NCBI GenBank assembly: GCA_030704615.1
Contig: CM060733.1
Location: 27,962,001-28,026,000 of the forward strand
Direction: 5' to 3'
Length of the DNA stretch: 64,000 nucleotides
From: Takakia lepidozioides
Lineage: Eukaryota > Plantae > Bryophyta
How positions within the stretch are numbered: position 1 is the stretch's first letter; each line of letters opens with the position of its first letter. The notes below the pieces were generated by a model, which was not told the origin of the DNA, did no database searches, and worked only from the letters and a program-made list of their open reading frames with translations. The position numbers were made by a program, and so were the translations under genes. This document shows positions 49,528-62,660 of the stretch, piece after piece.

Positions 49528-52500
49528 GGGATGGCCTTTACACGTCAAGACAGCACCCGGTGCCCCGAAAGTAAACTAGGTGCGGCGGCTTATGGCGGGC
49601 AGAAGGCGATCTTCGATGGAGTGTGCTTTAATTGCAGGGAACCCGGGCAACCACGGAGTTGTCCGAGGATTCCATTAGCCGCTTGGTGGAGGCAGTGGTT
49701 GCCAAGACTTGCAAGGTAGGCAACTACTCTTGTGAGTTGTATCAAGAGACTGACGCCCTGCATAAAAGGAGTCAGTTATTGTTCGTGAGTGGGATAATTT
49801 CCGGAACTAAAGTGTCGTTGTTGGTGGACACAGGAGCGTCGCACTCCTTTATGACACCGGCAACGGCACGGTACCCGACAAGTGATGTGGGGGCTTCTAT
49901 TGAGGTGCGTTCTGCTAAAAGAGAACCACAATTGGCGACGAGGTTGGCGTTCGATGTTCCTCTTCAGCTCGGGAGTTAGGAGGGACGTGAGAACTTCACC
50001 ATTTGCGAGATTGATGGAGTGGATCTCATTTTGGGGATGACCTTTTTGAGCAAATCAGGAGCGGTCATAGATGGCCGCAAGAGAATAGTCATGTTACCTT
50101 GTGGGAATGATGGCGAAGTTTTACGAGTTTCGGAAACGCCCAACCCAGTAGGAGGGCGAATAAACTTGCTATCAGCAAAGGAGTGGGCCGTGGAGGAGCC
50201 ACACGAGCCCCAGTTTTTGCTTTAAGTAAGACAAGTGAAAGGAGAAGACGATGGGGAGCCGAGCCCAGATTGGATCAAGGGGATTTTGGAGAAATATCAG
50301 GATGTGATGCCGGAGGATTTACCAAGCGGCTTGCCACCGCGAAGAGGAGTTGACCACACGATTTGAGGTGATACCGGGATCGGAGCCGCCTGCCAAGGCA
50401 CCCTACCGATTGAGCCACAGAGAGTTGGTCGAGCTGAAGACTCAACTCAAGGGTCTAATGTCAAAGGGGTACATCCGGCCGAGTAAGTCACCTTACGGAG
50501 CCCATGTGCTATTCGCAGACAAGAAGGATGGGACGCTGCGGATGTGTGTCAATTACAGGGCTCTGAATAAGGTGACTATCAAAAACCGATACCCTTTGCC
50601 AAGGATCGACGACCTCTTTGATCGGTTGGCAGGAGCAAAGTATTTCAGCCGTATCGATTTGCGCTCCGGGTATCATCAAATTCGAGTGGCGGAAGGAGAT
50701 GAGGAGAAGACCGCGTGCAAGACAAGGTATGGTTCATATGAGTTCTTGGTGATGCATTTTGGGCTCACCAACGCACCTGCAACCCTTAGCACACTAATTA
50801 ATAGCCTCTTCCAGGAGTGGTTGGACGACTTTGGTTGGACGACATCGACGACATCTTGGTGTACTCGAAAACAAAGGAAGAGCACCTGGAGCACCTCAAA
50901 AGGGTGTTCTAGAATTACGGGAAGGGAAGCTATATGCCAAAGCTTCAAAGTGCAAATTCGGGGTCACAAAAGTGGAGTTCCTGGGGCATGTGATTACACA
51001 TGATGGGATAAAAATTGATGACAGAAAGGTGAGGGCGATCTTGAACTGGGAGCCTCCGACTTCGGTCCCGGGAGTGCGATCCTTCTTAAGACTCGCCTCC
51101 TATTACCGAAAGTATGTGAGAAATTTCGCCAAGATCGCGGGGCCGTTGTCAGACCTTCTGTGTAAATCCAAGGTATGGGTATGGAACATCTTTTGTGGCC
51201 AAGCTTTTGCCGAGTTCAAGCAGCGGATGGCGGAAGCTCCTGAAAATCTCGGAGTTCGACCGCCCATTTGAGATTTATACGGATGCGTCGGACTTCGCGA
51301 TTGGAGGTGTACTCATGTAGGATGGACGTCCAATGGCTTACGAAAGTAAGAAACTGAATGAAGTGGAGCGACGGTGGCCAATGCACGAGAAAGAGATGAA
51401 GGCGGTGGTGCATTGCCTTGAGCTTTGGCGCCACTATGTTGGTTCCAACCCGGTGAAGGTGTTTACGGACAATGTCACGGTGAAGTATTTTGCCACGCAG
51501 CCTAAGTTGTCCCCAAAACAACTTAGGTGGCAAGACATTTTGGCGGTGTTCGACGCGGATATCCAGTACAAATCGGGACGGGACAATGTGGTGGCCAATG
51601 CTTTAGCAGCTCATGTTAGAGTACAAGGGCGAGACGGCGCTCCAGAGGAAGATCCGGAAGGCTTACCGGAATGATGAGATGGCAAAATCCGTGATGCGGG
51701 ACTTGAGGATGGGGGTTAAATCGCAGTTCCACTTGCAAAAATGGACTACTCCGGTACAAGCAAAATCGTCTCTACGTGCTGAAGGGAGGGATCAGAGATA
51801 GTCTCTTGAGAGAATGCCATGATGGCCTACTTGCGGGCCACGGCGGAGCCAAGCGCACCGCAACACTTTTGAAAAAAATGTATTTCTGGCCCAAACTAAG
51901 GGAGGAGGCCGAGGAGTATGTCAAGACATGCACCACATGCCAACAAAACCGGAGCGAGTACAAAAAGCAAGCGGGGCTGTTACAACCCTTGCCGATTCTA
52001 GAGGGGTCTTGGGAAAGTGTCTCGATGGACTTCATGACTGCTATGCCGCTGTCAAAAGGATTCGATGCAATCATGGTGGTGGTGGATAGGTTCAGTAAAA
52101 TGGGCCATTTCATCCCCACCAAGGAGACGGCAATGGCGCAGGAGACGAGGCGACTTTACTTCGCCCACGTCTTCAAAGCATCATGGACTCTCGAAGGATA
52201 TTGTCTCGGATCGCGATCCAAAATTTACTAGTAAATTTTGGAGGGTACTTTGGAAGAAAATGGGGACGAGGCTCAAAATGAGCACCGCCTTCAGACCTAC
52301 GACGGACGGCCAAACGGAAAGGGTGAATTCCGTGGTGAAGCAGATCTTGCGGAATTACGTGTCGGCAGACCAATCGGACTGGGTGGAGCACTTGGATGCG
52401 GCGGAGTTCTGTTATAATAACACAAAACATTCCGCAACGAGAGTTTCCTCTTTCGTATTGGTCTATAGAAAAGCACCTTTGGTGCTGACAAGTTGGGCCA

Positions 52501-52765
52501 GGACGTTGAGGAACCGGCAACAGCGGCAGTGCTGGAAGAACGCGAACGTTTGTTGAAGCTTGCAAAGTACAACATTGCCAAAGCTAGGAAATGGTATGAA
52601 CGGCAGGCGAATCGGAAGCGAAGGGAGGTTAAGTTTGAGGCAGGCACGGAGGTCTGGTTGAACATCAAGAATTTTCGACTACCTCCGGAAGTGAGTCCGA
52701 AGTTCGTACCTCCGTATGCGGGACCCTTTCGCATCCGGAAGGTTATGGCAAAGGCTTATGCCTAG
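49528..52765 (+). mobile_element. LTR-less Ty3/gypsy internal fragment, Galadriel-like chromovirus
   Basis: CFNCREPG knuckle, LVDTGASHSF protease, RT ([27 protein letters not shown]), RNase H (HEKEMKAVVHCL, KLSPKQLRWQD), integrase (GHGG, CTTCQQ, SDRDPKF, DGQTER, YAGPF). Confidence 0.9.
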
Positions 52766-53129
52766 ACACCCAGTAACTCCTTTTGCCAATTCTTCAATCA
52801 TTCCCAGGCTGCTTCCTGATGGTGACTGAGCTCATAAGGATGTGAATTGCACGGCAAGGATTCGCATTCACAGTGGTGCTTTAGGATGTGTGTCCATGCC
52901 AAGATGCTGCAAAGGTGCCCAGCGGCAGGCCCATCTTTTCAAGCATGCTTGCACGTAGCCTACTACGGTCTACCCTTCGTGTTCTGCTTGCCTACTGTCT
53001 TGGAGATTATTATTTGCATGAAACGCCTTTTCTACACCTACTGTATTCTAGTATTGGCGAATTTGATGTCGATGAGATTCAAAATCCAGGGAGTGGGGGA
53101 CAATGGGAGTTCCGGCATGACTTAGTTTT

Positions 53130-56100
53130 TCTAAGGCCACGCTGCCTCTGCCTCCAGCCCGCCCCATCGGTACATCCCCTCTCCGCGTGCGACAAGTCCT
53201 ATCTTGCATGTACTCCCATCGCTGAAACCCCGGTTGGATTAACCGAGCTTTGATGGGCTAATACATGTCATTCTCCCCTCCGGCATGCATTAAGAGCCGT
53301 TACCCTCACCCCTTCTATTGACGGCTATTAACTATCTCTCGCCGCCATGCAGGACTGCAGTCCAAATACTCACACTACGCTCCTCCCCAAGCTCTCATCC
53401 AGCTTGCCCCGGCATGAAGCTGTTAGCTAGCCACCCCTTCATTGCTCACTTCTGCGCTTAAGAATCAGTCTTGCCCCTGTCGGCTCCTCCATCCTAGGGA
53501 ACCTGATTTCTGCCAATCACCTCCCTTTCCCACTCCCCTCCAGTTGTCCTCTTTCGGCTCTCGCCCACTGGCATCATCCGCCAGCTTTGTTTCTTCTGCT
53601 ATGAGTCCAAGCAGTTCCTCCCCTGCTAGCCTGCTCATAATCAGCCGCTCGCCCCTCCATTTGTTCGGCCGTCATACCACTGACGCTTGGCGCAACACCT
53701 TTATTATCATCCTCGGAAGATTATTCCTCTCCTCTCGGGTCCCTCGCTACCTACTTAGACCTCACGTTCGCTACGCTACTTCATTGCCCTTCTCCTCCCG
53801 CCCTCCCCTCTCTTTTCTGATCCTGTCCGCACCTCAGTAAGCACTCTTGCTTTCCTTTAAGCGTCCTTGCTCTCGCCCGCTTATGGCTTCCAGAGGTGCC
53901 CCCTCTCGTAAAAAAAGGTCTAGCTTTGGCACCAGCTCAAGGGGAAGAGGCAGCTGGATCCCGCGCAACTCCTCAGCAACTCCTATATCGTCAATTCTCG
54001 GGAAGGGTCTTGAGATCGCTGGTCCCAAGCCGTTCCAAGAGCTGATTCCTTGGGCAGATTCTGTGGCCCCAGATGATGATTTTGCGGATATTATTCCCCT
54101 GGACCTTGAATGCCTAAAAGCCCACTCCTCAAAGATGATGCAACACGGAATTTTGGTGTACTTCCCTGGACGTCCAAGAGACAAGGAAGGTGCCCGGACA
54201 TAGATTGTGGAGCATTTGGGTTCAGAAGGAGGCCTCACTCATCATTATCGCCACTCTATGGGAAGAGGTTTCTACACTGTCAAATTTGGTACGAAGGAGA
54301 ATGCGGGCGGGCTCTAGCTTTCAACACACGCAAATCAAGGTTCAAAGTCCATATTTTTCCTTGGTCTCCTGCACGGGGGCACAATGACGACACTACTTGC
54401 AAACCGCGGATTATTGCCCTGCCCTTCCTACCTGATAACTACCTGGCCTCGCTTCCGAAGATTGGAGCTCACTTCGGCTCCTTCATTGGAAGTCTAAATG
54501 TGTTTGATCCAATGGACGACACTGTACTAAGTGTGGATCAAGACCCCTCGCTATTTGATGGCAATGACAGTGGAGTCCCAAAAATTGTTGTACTGATGCC
54601 AGAGACAGCGAAGATAGGAAATGGAATTAAATTGCCGACTCTGGATGGCTCTTCTGTTTCTGTTTAGATCAAAGAAGAGGTTCTAAGCATAATCTGCTTC
54701 GAATGCAATGGAGAGGGCCATGTCAAAGCACACTGCCCCCAGCGCGGCAAAGCAGTTGTGTAGGCGCAGCCTGAAGTCCCCACGAGATGCCACGAGATGC
54801 TTGGACTTGCGCTCTTTTGCAAACCTAAAGCTTTGTGAATGTTCCCCTGAAAATGTTGTGCTTCGCAGCTTGGCAGTAGTCAAAATTACTCCTATAATCT
54901 ACGACATGCTCGATGGCCCTAACCGCCCCCCTTCTATTATGCTCACTAACGGATCGGAGGGATTGGTAGATGCCTGGATTACTTCTCACCACAAAACTTA
55001 CTACTCGGACTCTAAGGCGGTGGAGCTTTGTCTCAAGCTGGTGGGTACCCTCTTCGCCGAGGAACCATTCCAGTTCCTACTCTCCAATGACACTACGGTG
55101 CATTTCGGGGCATTCTGGGACAACTCCACAGAATTTGATGATGCTTCCACGGTCAATGTTCTACTCGCCTTCAGTTGGGAGGATATTGGAGGCGGTTTAA
55201 ACACTAAAGCGGGCTCCTTCTCATGGTCCACAAAAAAAGCCTTGGCAGAGGACACTGTTGAAGCCCAACCTAGCAATGGGTTCCCGTCCGCATGAGGTTT
55301 CTCTCAGAGCAGGAAGGTCATCGCTGTTGGCTTCACACTTGCAGACGCAATTCTAGGTCTTCCTGTAGCCCAGGCCCATTCGGCTGCGATTTCACCTACC
55401 CCTGGTAAAGCCGCCACCACGGGCTTCCAGCCCTATGCTAGCTTGTCGAAAAAAACTCATCTACACTCTCCTTCAACCGCGTCTCCATCAACCCTTGGAG
55501 GATCTCCCCTGGTAAGTTCCAACTGCTCAGCCTTCCCCCTCTTCATCTGCTGCCCATCCCCTTTCTCAGGTATATGTCAGGTTCTTGCTAGCTGGCATCC
55601 GCTGGGGATGATTCTCCCCCATCTCTTCTATGCCCCTGGAAGTAAACTGCTGTCAGAAAAATACCTTCACAGCTTTGCTTGTTGGCTAGGGCTCAAGGAT
55701 GTCATTAAAGGCTGTTCGGTTATTTCAAGAAAGAAGACACAATTTATTGCTTTGGTTCAGGGTCAACAGAAAAAGGGTTTAGGTAACACACCAGTGGGTG
55801 TCATCTACCTCTCATCTACACCAGCCCCCCCCCACCAGATTTGGTTGGTTCTCCTCCCTCTTCCACAATGGCACTAAGCATGTCTTCTTCTTTTCCACAT
55901 CAGGGCTATCATTTCGAGAAGTTTTCTCGAGCCCTCTCCCCCAAGTTAATGTTATTTTACATCAGATCCTGGAATATTAGAGGCATAGGTTCTGATGCCT
56001 CTGCCCCTAAAAGATCCAAGATTAAACGCTGGGCTGCCTCGGTGATGTCTGAAAATTTTATTATCTTCCTACAGGAACATAAGCTAAATGATTCTAAGAT

Positions 56101-59100
56101 AACCTCTTTAGGAAATATGTTGTGGCCAGCCAATCTTTCTTGGTGGAATAAAATTGTGGCTGACTCTAGAGGTGGCACATCTATTCTGGTGTCCTCGAAT
56201 CTGGCCAACCATATCTCTGGAGTGGAAATCTGGATGATTGGCAGAGCGCAATTTTGTCTTCTCTCCATTCCTAGTACAGGGTGTAAAATAGGCCTCAGAG
56301 GGAAATGATAGAGGTGGCATTCTAGTGGGTCTGATTACAAGATTGAGTGCCAGACCCTCGCTGCCAAAAGTCAACATACAACAAAATGCAACATTGCGCA
56401 AAAAGTGGAACTTTGGTTCAAATGAGACATTTTTATTAATAATGAACTGTGACAAGTATGCATGCCCTCACAAGCCGAGGGAAGCCAAAAGTATGCATGC
56501 CATCCATGCTCAGGTAAGTTGGGAATTTTTTCCCGTGTTGCACTATCCTCACCAAGAAGCTGGAACCTCCATTGGCCTCAACAAGCTCATGACTGACAAG
56601 GTGTCGGTAGGTGAAGACAATGGATGCAGCCCGTTCTGCTTTGGTGTAGTGGACAACGGTGTCATGTCCTCTGATATATGCACCCATCGTAAATCGAGAT
56701 CTTTGTTGTGGAGAGACTGTGTCCATAGGACTCATCCTCGTAGCTTATGAGAATGTCCCCATACACTGTTTGCGATGGAATCCTCTCTGGCATGTACGTA
56801 CACCCGATGCAATCCTCGTAGGCCCATTGGCAGCACCTCCAATGATGTAGGAAGGCCGTGCGGCTTTTGGGGATGTTCCATGTAGGAGGATACTGCAGAT
56901 CAACGATTCGCAGGCACGAAAGTCGCGCAAGCCCGTCCCCGCGAGGCTGATCGTGGAAGCCAGGAAGGTACTCAAGAGCAGACAGGTGCACCCTCCTCTG
57001 CTGAGAGTGGTCTATCCAATCCTGCAGGTATATGAAAATATCCCCTGACTTGGGCTAGAAGTCCCACGGGGTGCGATGCTTGTTTGGGCGGTTAATGGGA
57101 TCCCGGCACGCCATCGAGGACTACTGAAATGCTCCCAATGTTGTCGCTGATATTTTAGCCTCACCCCCAACGAAAGTAATGCGTGGGAAACTCTCTGTCT
57201 CTCTATCGGTCTTATTGACATCTCCATCCCTAGAGATAATCAGCTGCGATTCTCTTGGACAAATTGCAGAGCACCGCCTGAACTGGTTATGGCCAGACTA
57301 GATCGAATTTACTGCACTACTGGTATAGTGTCTTGGGCCCGGCCTATTCCAATGGGCCCAGTGCTTCCTAACTTTGACCATGTAGAGACTGGAGCTCTCT
57401 TTTTTGTTCCTGGATCTAGGTCCAAAGGTAGAGGTTACTTCAAGCTTAACCCATCTATGCTTAAATCTAGGGCAGTGGTAAATGATCTGGCCCAGATATG
57501 GTCTTCATCTGGGAACCATTTTCAGTCTGCCACCCTTAGATTCCTTACCAAGCTAGAGGCTACCAGGATTAGATCCCAGGAACTATCCAAAGCCTTTGCT
57601 TTAACGTGCTCCCAAAAAGAGAAGAGACTGCTCAAATGCCTCCATCTTTGCCAAAAGCTTTTGGAAAACAAAGATGAAGGTCCCTATACTATGATGAACT
57701 ATAATAGAGCAAAATCCAATCTCTGGAATTTTAGACAGGAGAAGGAAAACGCTATCCGTATAAAGGCAGGGGTGAACTGGTCTCTAAAAGGTGAAAAAAT
57801 GACTACATATTTCTTTGCTAAGGCCAAACAAAGGCAAATGGCTTCATCCATTTCCTCCCTCACTAGCCCTGATGGGTCCACTACCTCCTCCAACCCTAAA
57901 GCGATGGCTGCCTATGCTGAGCAACACTTTGCCTCCCTCTTCTCTAAGAGGCAGCACTCAGAAGAGTCTAAGTTTGCCTCTCAGGAAATTATGCGATGTG
58001 TCCCCTCGCTCCTTTCTGAAAAAGAGAAAGAGGAACTCTCTTCCCCGCTCTCCGACTCAGACCTGGCGGAGGCCCTGCATTCCCTCAAAGCTGGAAAGAT
58101 GCCAGGGTTAGACGCAATCCAATTGAATTTTTTACGGCCCTCTGGCAGACCATAGTGAATGACTTTGTTGAGTTGGCTAAAGATATACATTCGAAGGGCA
58201 TCATGCCTTCACTCTCAATTGGTCTCATCACTTTGATTTTCAAAAAGGGTGATAGAAGCATGTTATCTAATTATAGACCTATAACGCTTCTGAACACTGC
58301 TTACAAAATTATTGCCAAGGCTTTGGCCCTCAGGCTGCAGCCCATTCTCTCTCGGGTTATCAGACCAGAGCAATCCGGGTTTCTAAAAGGGAGAATGATT
58401 CTAGATAACATTCTTCTAGTCAATGAAGTCATACACAAGGCCAAGTGCTCTGAGCAGCCCATGGCCATACTCATGCTTGACTTTGAAAAGGCCTTTGATA
58501 ACATTGATTGGAGTTTTCTAAATCAAGTGTTGGTCAGAATGGGAATGCCTGAAGCTTTCTACAGATGGATCCATATCCTACTTTCCTCAGCCTCTAGCAA
58601 AGTCACGGTAAACGGAGTGATTTCAAATCCCTTTGCGCTTTTTAGGTCCGTAAGGCAAGGTTGCCCATTGTCTCCCTACCTCTTTCTCATGGCAGCAGAT
58701 GCCCTAGGACACTACCTCAATTCCAGGCAGGATATTCTGGGCCTAAAAATGCAGGATGGATCCTCTATTAAGAACTCAATGTATGCTGATGACACCACAT
58801 TGTTTTTGAACAATGAGTCACCAGCAAACATTGAAAGAGCTCGTCAAGCCCTGCAATTTTTTCTGCTCCGCTTCTGGGCTCAAAATAAACTGGACCAAAT
58901 CAGTTGGCCTCCTCACAGAGTTGTCTGCTTCATCCTATAGATAGCACAACCCTCCTTGGGGACAAGATGTCTCAAATGGCTCCAGCCAGGTTCAACGCAC
59001 ACACTTTTGGGCTTTCAGATTGGGATAGGGCTCACTGATGAGCAAAGATTTGAGCGTGTCTTACAGAAGCTTCGTAACAAACTGGCATTTTGGAGCTCAA

Positions 59101-61406
59101 CTATACTGTCTATTGCAGGCAGGGCTCTAGTTCTAAATCAAATACTACTTGCATCAGTGTGGTATCCTGCCTCGGTTTGGTCTCCCGGTTCCAAACTAAT
59201 TACAAAGCTGAAAGCAATGATGAGGAACTTTTTGTAGGGTGCCTCCCCCCAAAACCCCACCAAAAGAGCTCTGGTATCCTGGGCACAGCTTTGCCATCCT
59301 AGAAAAGAAGGTGGTTTGGGCCTTTTAGACCCATCCATTCAGATCACGGCCTTGCTGGCAAAATGGATACCTAGGTTACTTACCAGTGAAGGAAGCCCGT
59401 GGGGCAACCTGGTCAGAGAACACCTAGTGCAGGCCTATCCGCCGAAATCTCCTAATTGGGCACCATCCCTCAAATGGATAGTGCATGGGATGGGGAAAGT
59501 GAAAGCTATAGGGTGTGCGACTTGGAACTCCATATGGGATGCTTGGAAGATGATGAAGCCTAAGTTTACTCAAAGACGAGCAAAATGCTTTGAAGAGGCC
59601 ATCCGTCAGCCACTATTTGGTAACCTCAACCTTGACTACAGCCCATTGGCGACTCTCCACAAAAAATGGGCTACCTGGGAGGCGTCAGGGCTCTCGCATG
59701 TTGCCAATATATGGGAGGATGATCAATTCCTGAGACTGAGCCTCTTGTCCTCCCTGGTCTCTGCTAGATCAATCGCGTGTGGTTGGGTCCATATCCAAAG
59801 AGGTGTCCAATATGTGCAACCCCTGCTGGTAGGTGGCCCATGCACAAAGAACGACTTACCTGCCTGGTTCGGTAGCTTGCATGACAACAATCATATGGCC
59901 ATCTTGGCCACATCCACCTCTGATTCCCATTGGAAAGGTCTAATCTTCCGCGCTATGGCTGGGGGACGCCTGGACTCATTAGGCTCAGGCGACATGCACC
60001 ATGACTAGGCCTACAGGATAAGGGTCTTTGATCTAAACTCGGGCTCTACTGAACACAGTCCACCCGACGGCGTAGAAGTAGGATGGGCTTTGCAGTTATC
60101 CTTCGTTTGGTACCTATCTTATCCTCTAAGCAGACTTCAGTTTGATCTAGGCGAATGGTCTTGGATGGATGGCAAGAAAACGCCCCTGCTTCGTTACACG
60201 GTCAAAAGGGAACACAAAATGCTTCTCGGCCAAGCAAATTTTACAGCCAAGTGGAATAAAAAATGGCATCTGGTCCCAGCCTGGAAATCTATATGGAAAG
60301 ACATATGGGCCAAACACTGTCCAGCAAAAATTAGTGCATTCTTATGGAAGTTGGCAAACAAAATTCTGCCCGTGGCGGCTTGCTTTCAAGATCAAGACCC
60401 AACTTGTCTAGTTTGTGCCAGAAACTTGGAGGAGACTATTGAACATGCATTTATGGATTGCCACATTGCTACGAGGACTTGGCAATTGGTCACTGCTTTC
60501 TACCTTCACTGGAAACAGCTACCATCTGTGGATGCATCGCTTATGTTGCTCAACCTGCGCAATGGCTCATTATGGAATACATGCCCAATATGGGCATGTC
60601 TCAGAGCACACACTCTTGGGGCACTATGGAAGGCTAGTTGCACTTTAGTTTTTGAGACGACACAGCCCATCATCAGATTTATTCTATTACGTTGTTCTCT
60701 GACTTGATGACTGAGGGGAAAAAGGCTTGGTTGTCACTGCTTGCTGCCACAGCCAGGTGCAGCGACAGGAGGCGTCAACAGTTGCTTGCAGATTTCGACC
60801 TCAGCTGGGCCAAAGACGGCATCCTCTGCACCAGGACTGATGACTCGAGAGTCCAATGGCATGACACGATCCCCGGGGCTTGGGAAATCGCCAGCTGAAT
60901 CCGATGGTGCTGAAGTCAATTGGAAGCACCTCAACCTGCGCAGTGCAAAATCCAAAGCCCACCTGAACTTTGGACTCTGATTCTCCCCCCTAGCCTGGAA
61001 CGGTTATTGCTTGGTGACTCTGAACTCTACAACCTTCCCGGGCATGTCTCGAATTTTGGTTCTGCAATCCTGCTCTGTTTTGCAGATGTTCTCCTGGTGG
61101 TTATCAGGCTGATCGCAGCTAGACTGGATGTGTACGGGCCCTCCCGGCTCCATGCTTGAATCCAAATCCTTTAGATTCTGGCTTTCTTGTTTTCAGCATT
61201 AGCTGCTATATTAAGGACTTCTGTAGGTCCCTCCCCCTTTTCCCCCCTCGTCCCTTTGTGTTCAGGGTGTACCCCTTGCGTTTCACCTTTATGGTCCCCC
61301 TGGAGGTTATTTTTTCCTCCACAATTTTGACTCTTTGTGAACATTTATCTCATTTAATTTGATTAAAAGGGCTTCTGTCCCTTTGTCTAAAATAAAATAA
61401 AATAAA
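53130..61406 (+). mobile_element. L1-clade LINE, near full length, degenerate; 5' boundary approximate
   Basis: ORF1 from 53883 (MGRGFYTVKF; CFECNGEGHVKAHC at 54695-54736). EN: SWNIRG, FLQEHKL, ARLDRIY. RT: NYRPITLLN, LDFEKAFD, RQGCPLSP, YADD. zf-RVT CLVC...ETIEHAFMDC. A-rich tail at 61389-61406. Confidence 0.92.
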
Positions 61407-61589
61407 TGATAGGACATTGTATTTTTTGAAATCCCCATTGATGAGCCCAATTCATTTGGTAATTCCAGATGCATGTGTATATCTAAAATATATCTACAGG
61501 CCAGCTCTATTGTACTAATGCAGGCTTGAAAATATATTTATGATTGATACAAGTTTCAGCTATAATTCCATATTGTTTTTTTAAATAAA

Positions 61590-61799
61590 TAAATAAATAT
61601 ACATAACCGGTTGTATAACCCTCAGTCATAGCGAAAATGATAACCGTATTTATGGATACCAGGCCAAAAAAACATGTCACTCTTACCCGCAACCGGCAGG
61701 TTATTAGAAAGTCAATAAATTGATAGGCTATTTTAAATATTGAGTTCCAACAACCGCAACCGCCTGTTAGCAAAAAATATAAATAACCGCCGGACACTG
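61590..61799. mobile_element. Right half of the split hAT MITE
   Basis: Ends in aaataaccgccggacactg, followed by gttttttc (61800-61807). Confidence 0.8.
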
Positions 61800-61840
61800 G
61801 TTTTTTCCCCTAAGGCGTTGGCCGGTTGTATTGCAATTAA

Positions 61841-62660
61841 CCCTTAAGTTCCCAAGCCACCTGAATAGGGTCACTTTGAATTTGCAGTTCGACCTAATTT
61901 TTGCAGATCTAATCTGATGGGGCCACACTCCTGAAGCTTTAATGACAAGGGATTTGTCTCGAGTATGATGCAAAAAACAAAAAAACAAAAAACAAAAGCT
62001 ACGACCTGCAAAAAATATCTTAGATCTCTCATTTACGTGTTGGGGCCTGAAAAGGACTTGTTGACCGCTGACGTGGCAGTAAACAGCCCAAAACGGATTG
62101 CACTCCAAAGGCCATTTTTGGCATAACATTAGCAATCTTGGAAAAAGCACTTCACCTTGTGGTGTGTGAGCATTACATACATGCGCACATCCACCATTGG
62201 CTTTTAAAGACTTTGTAGAAAAAAAAGTACTTCATTTGGAGGCACATTTTCTCTTGTCAATTTTGAGATTTCAACCCCCATGTAATTGCATGCATAGCAA
62301 GCATAGGTGAAAAAATCAGTTGGACCTGCAATGTAGTGGGGTCATAGCCACTCCACTATTGATTTGGAAATGGTGGGTCTTGGGGCAAGCAAAATTGGAT
62401 AAAGCTAGGTTTTGATTTGGTCAAACTAATTTCTTTCTCACTTTTTCTTTGGGACCTGATATTTGAGGTCCAGGCCAACATTATAATCCCACAATGTCCA
62501 CGGTGGACTTGGCTCATTTTTATGCATAAATGAGCTGGGCCCACTGCTATAAGGCTGGAATCTCTTTATAGATATTTTTGGTAGGTTTCTAGGAGCAATT
62601 CACTGCAGCTGGGTACCCAAAATTGGTAAAAAGTCAAAAAAGGGCTTGGGAACTTGAGGG
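61841..62660. mobile_element. piggyBac-type non-autonomous element (820 bp), TSD TTAA
   Basis: TTAA|CCCTTAAGTTCCCAAGCC ... GGCTTGGGAACTTGAGGG|TTAA; 18-bp TIR with 1 mismatch. Confidence 0.8.
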
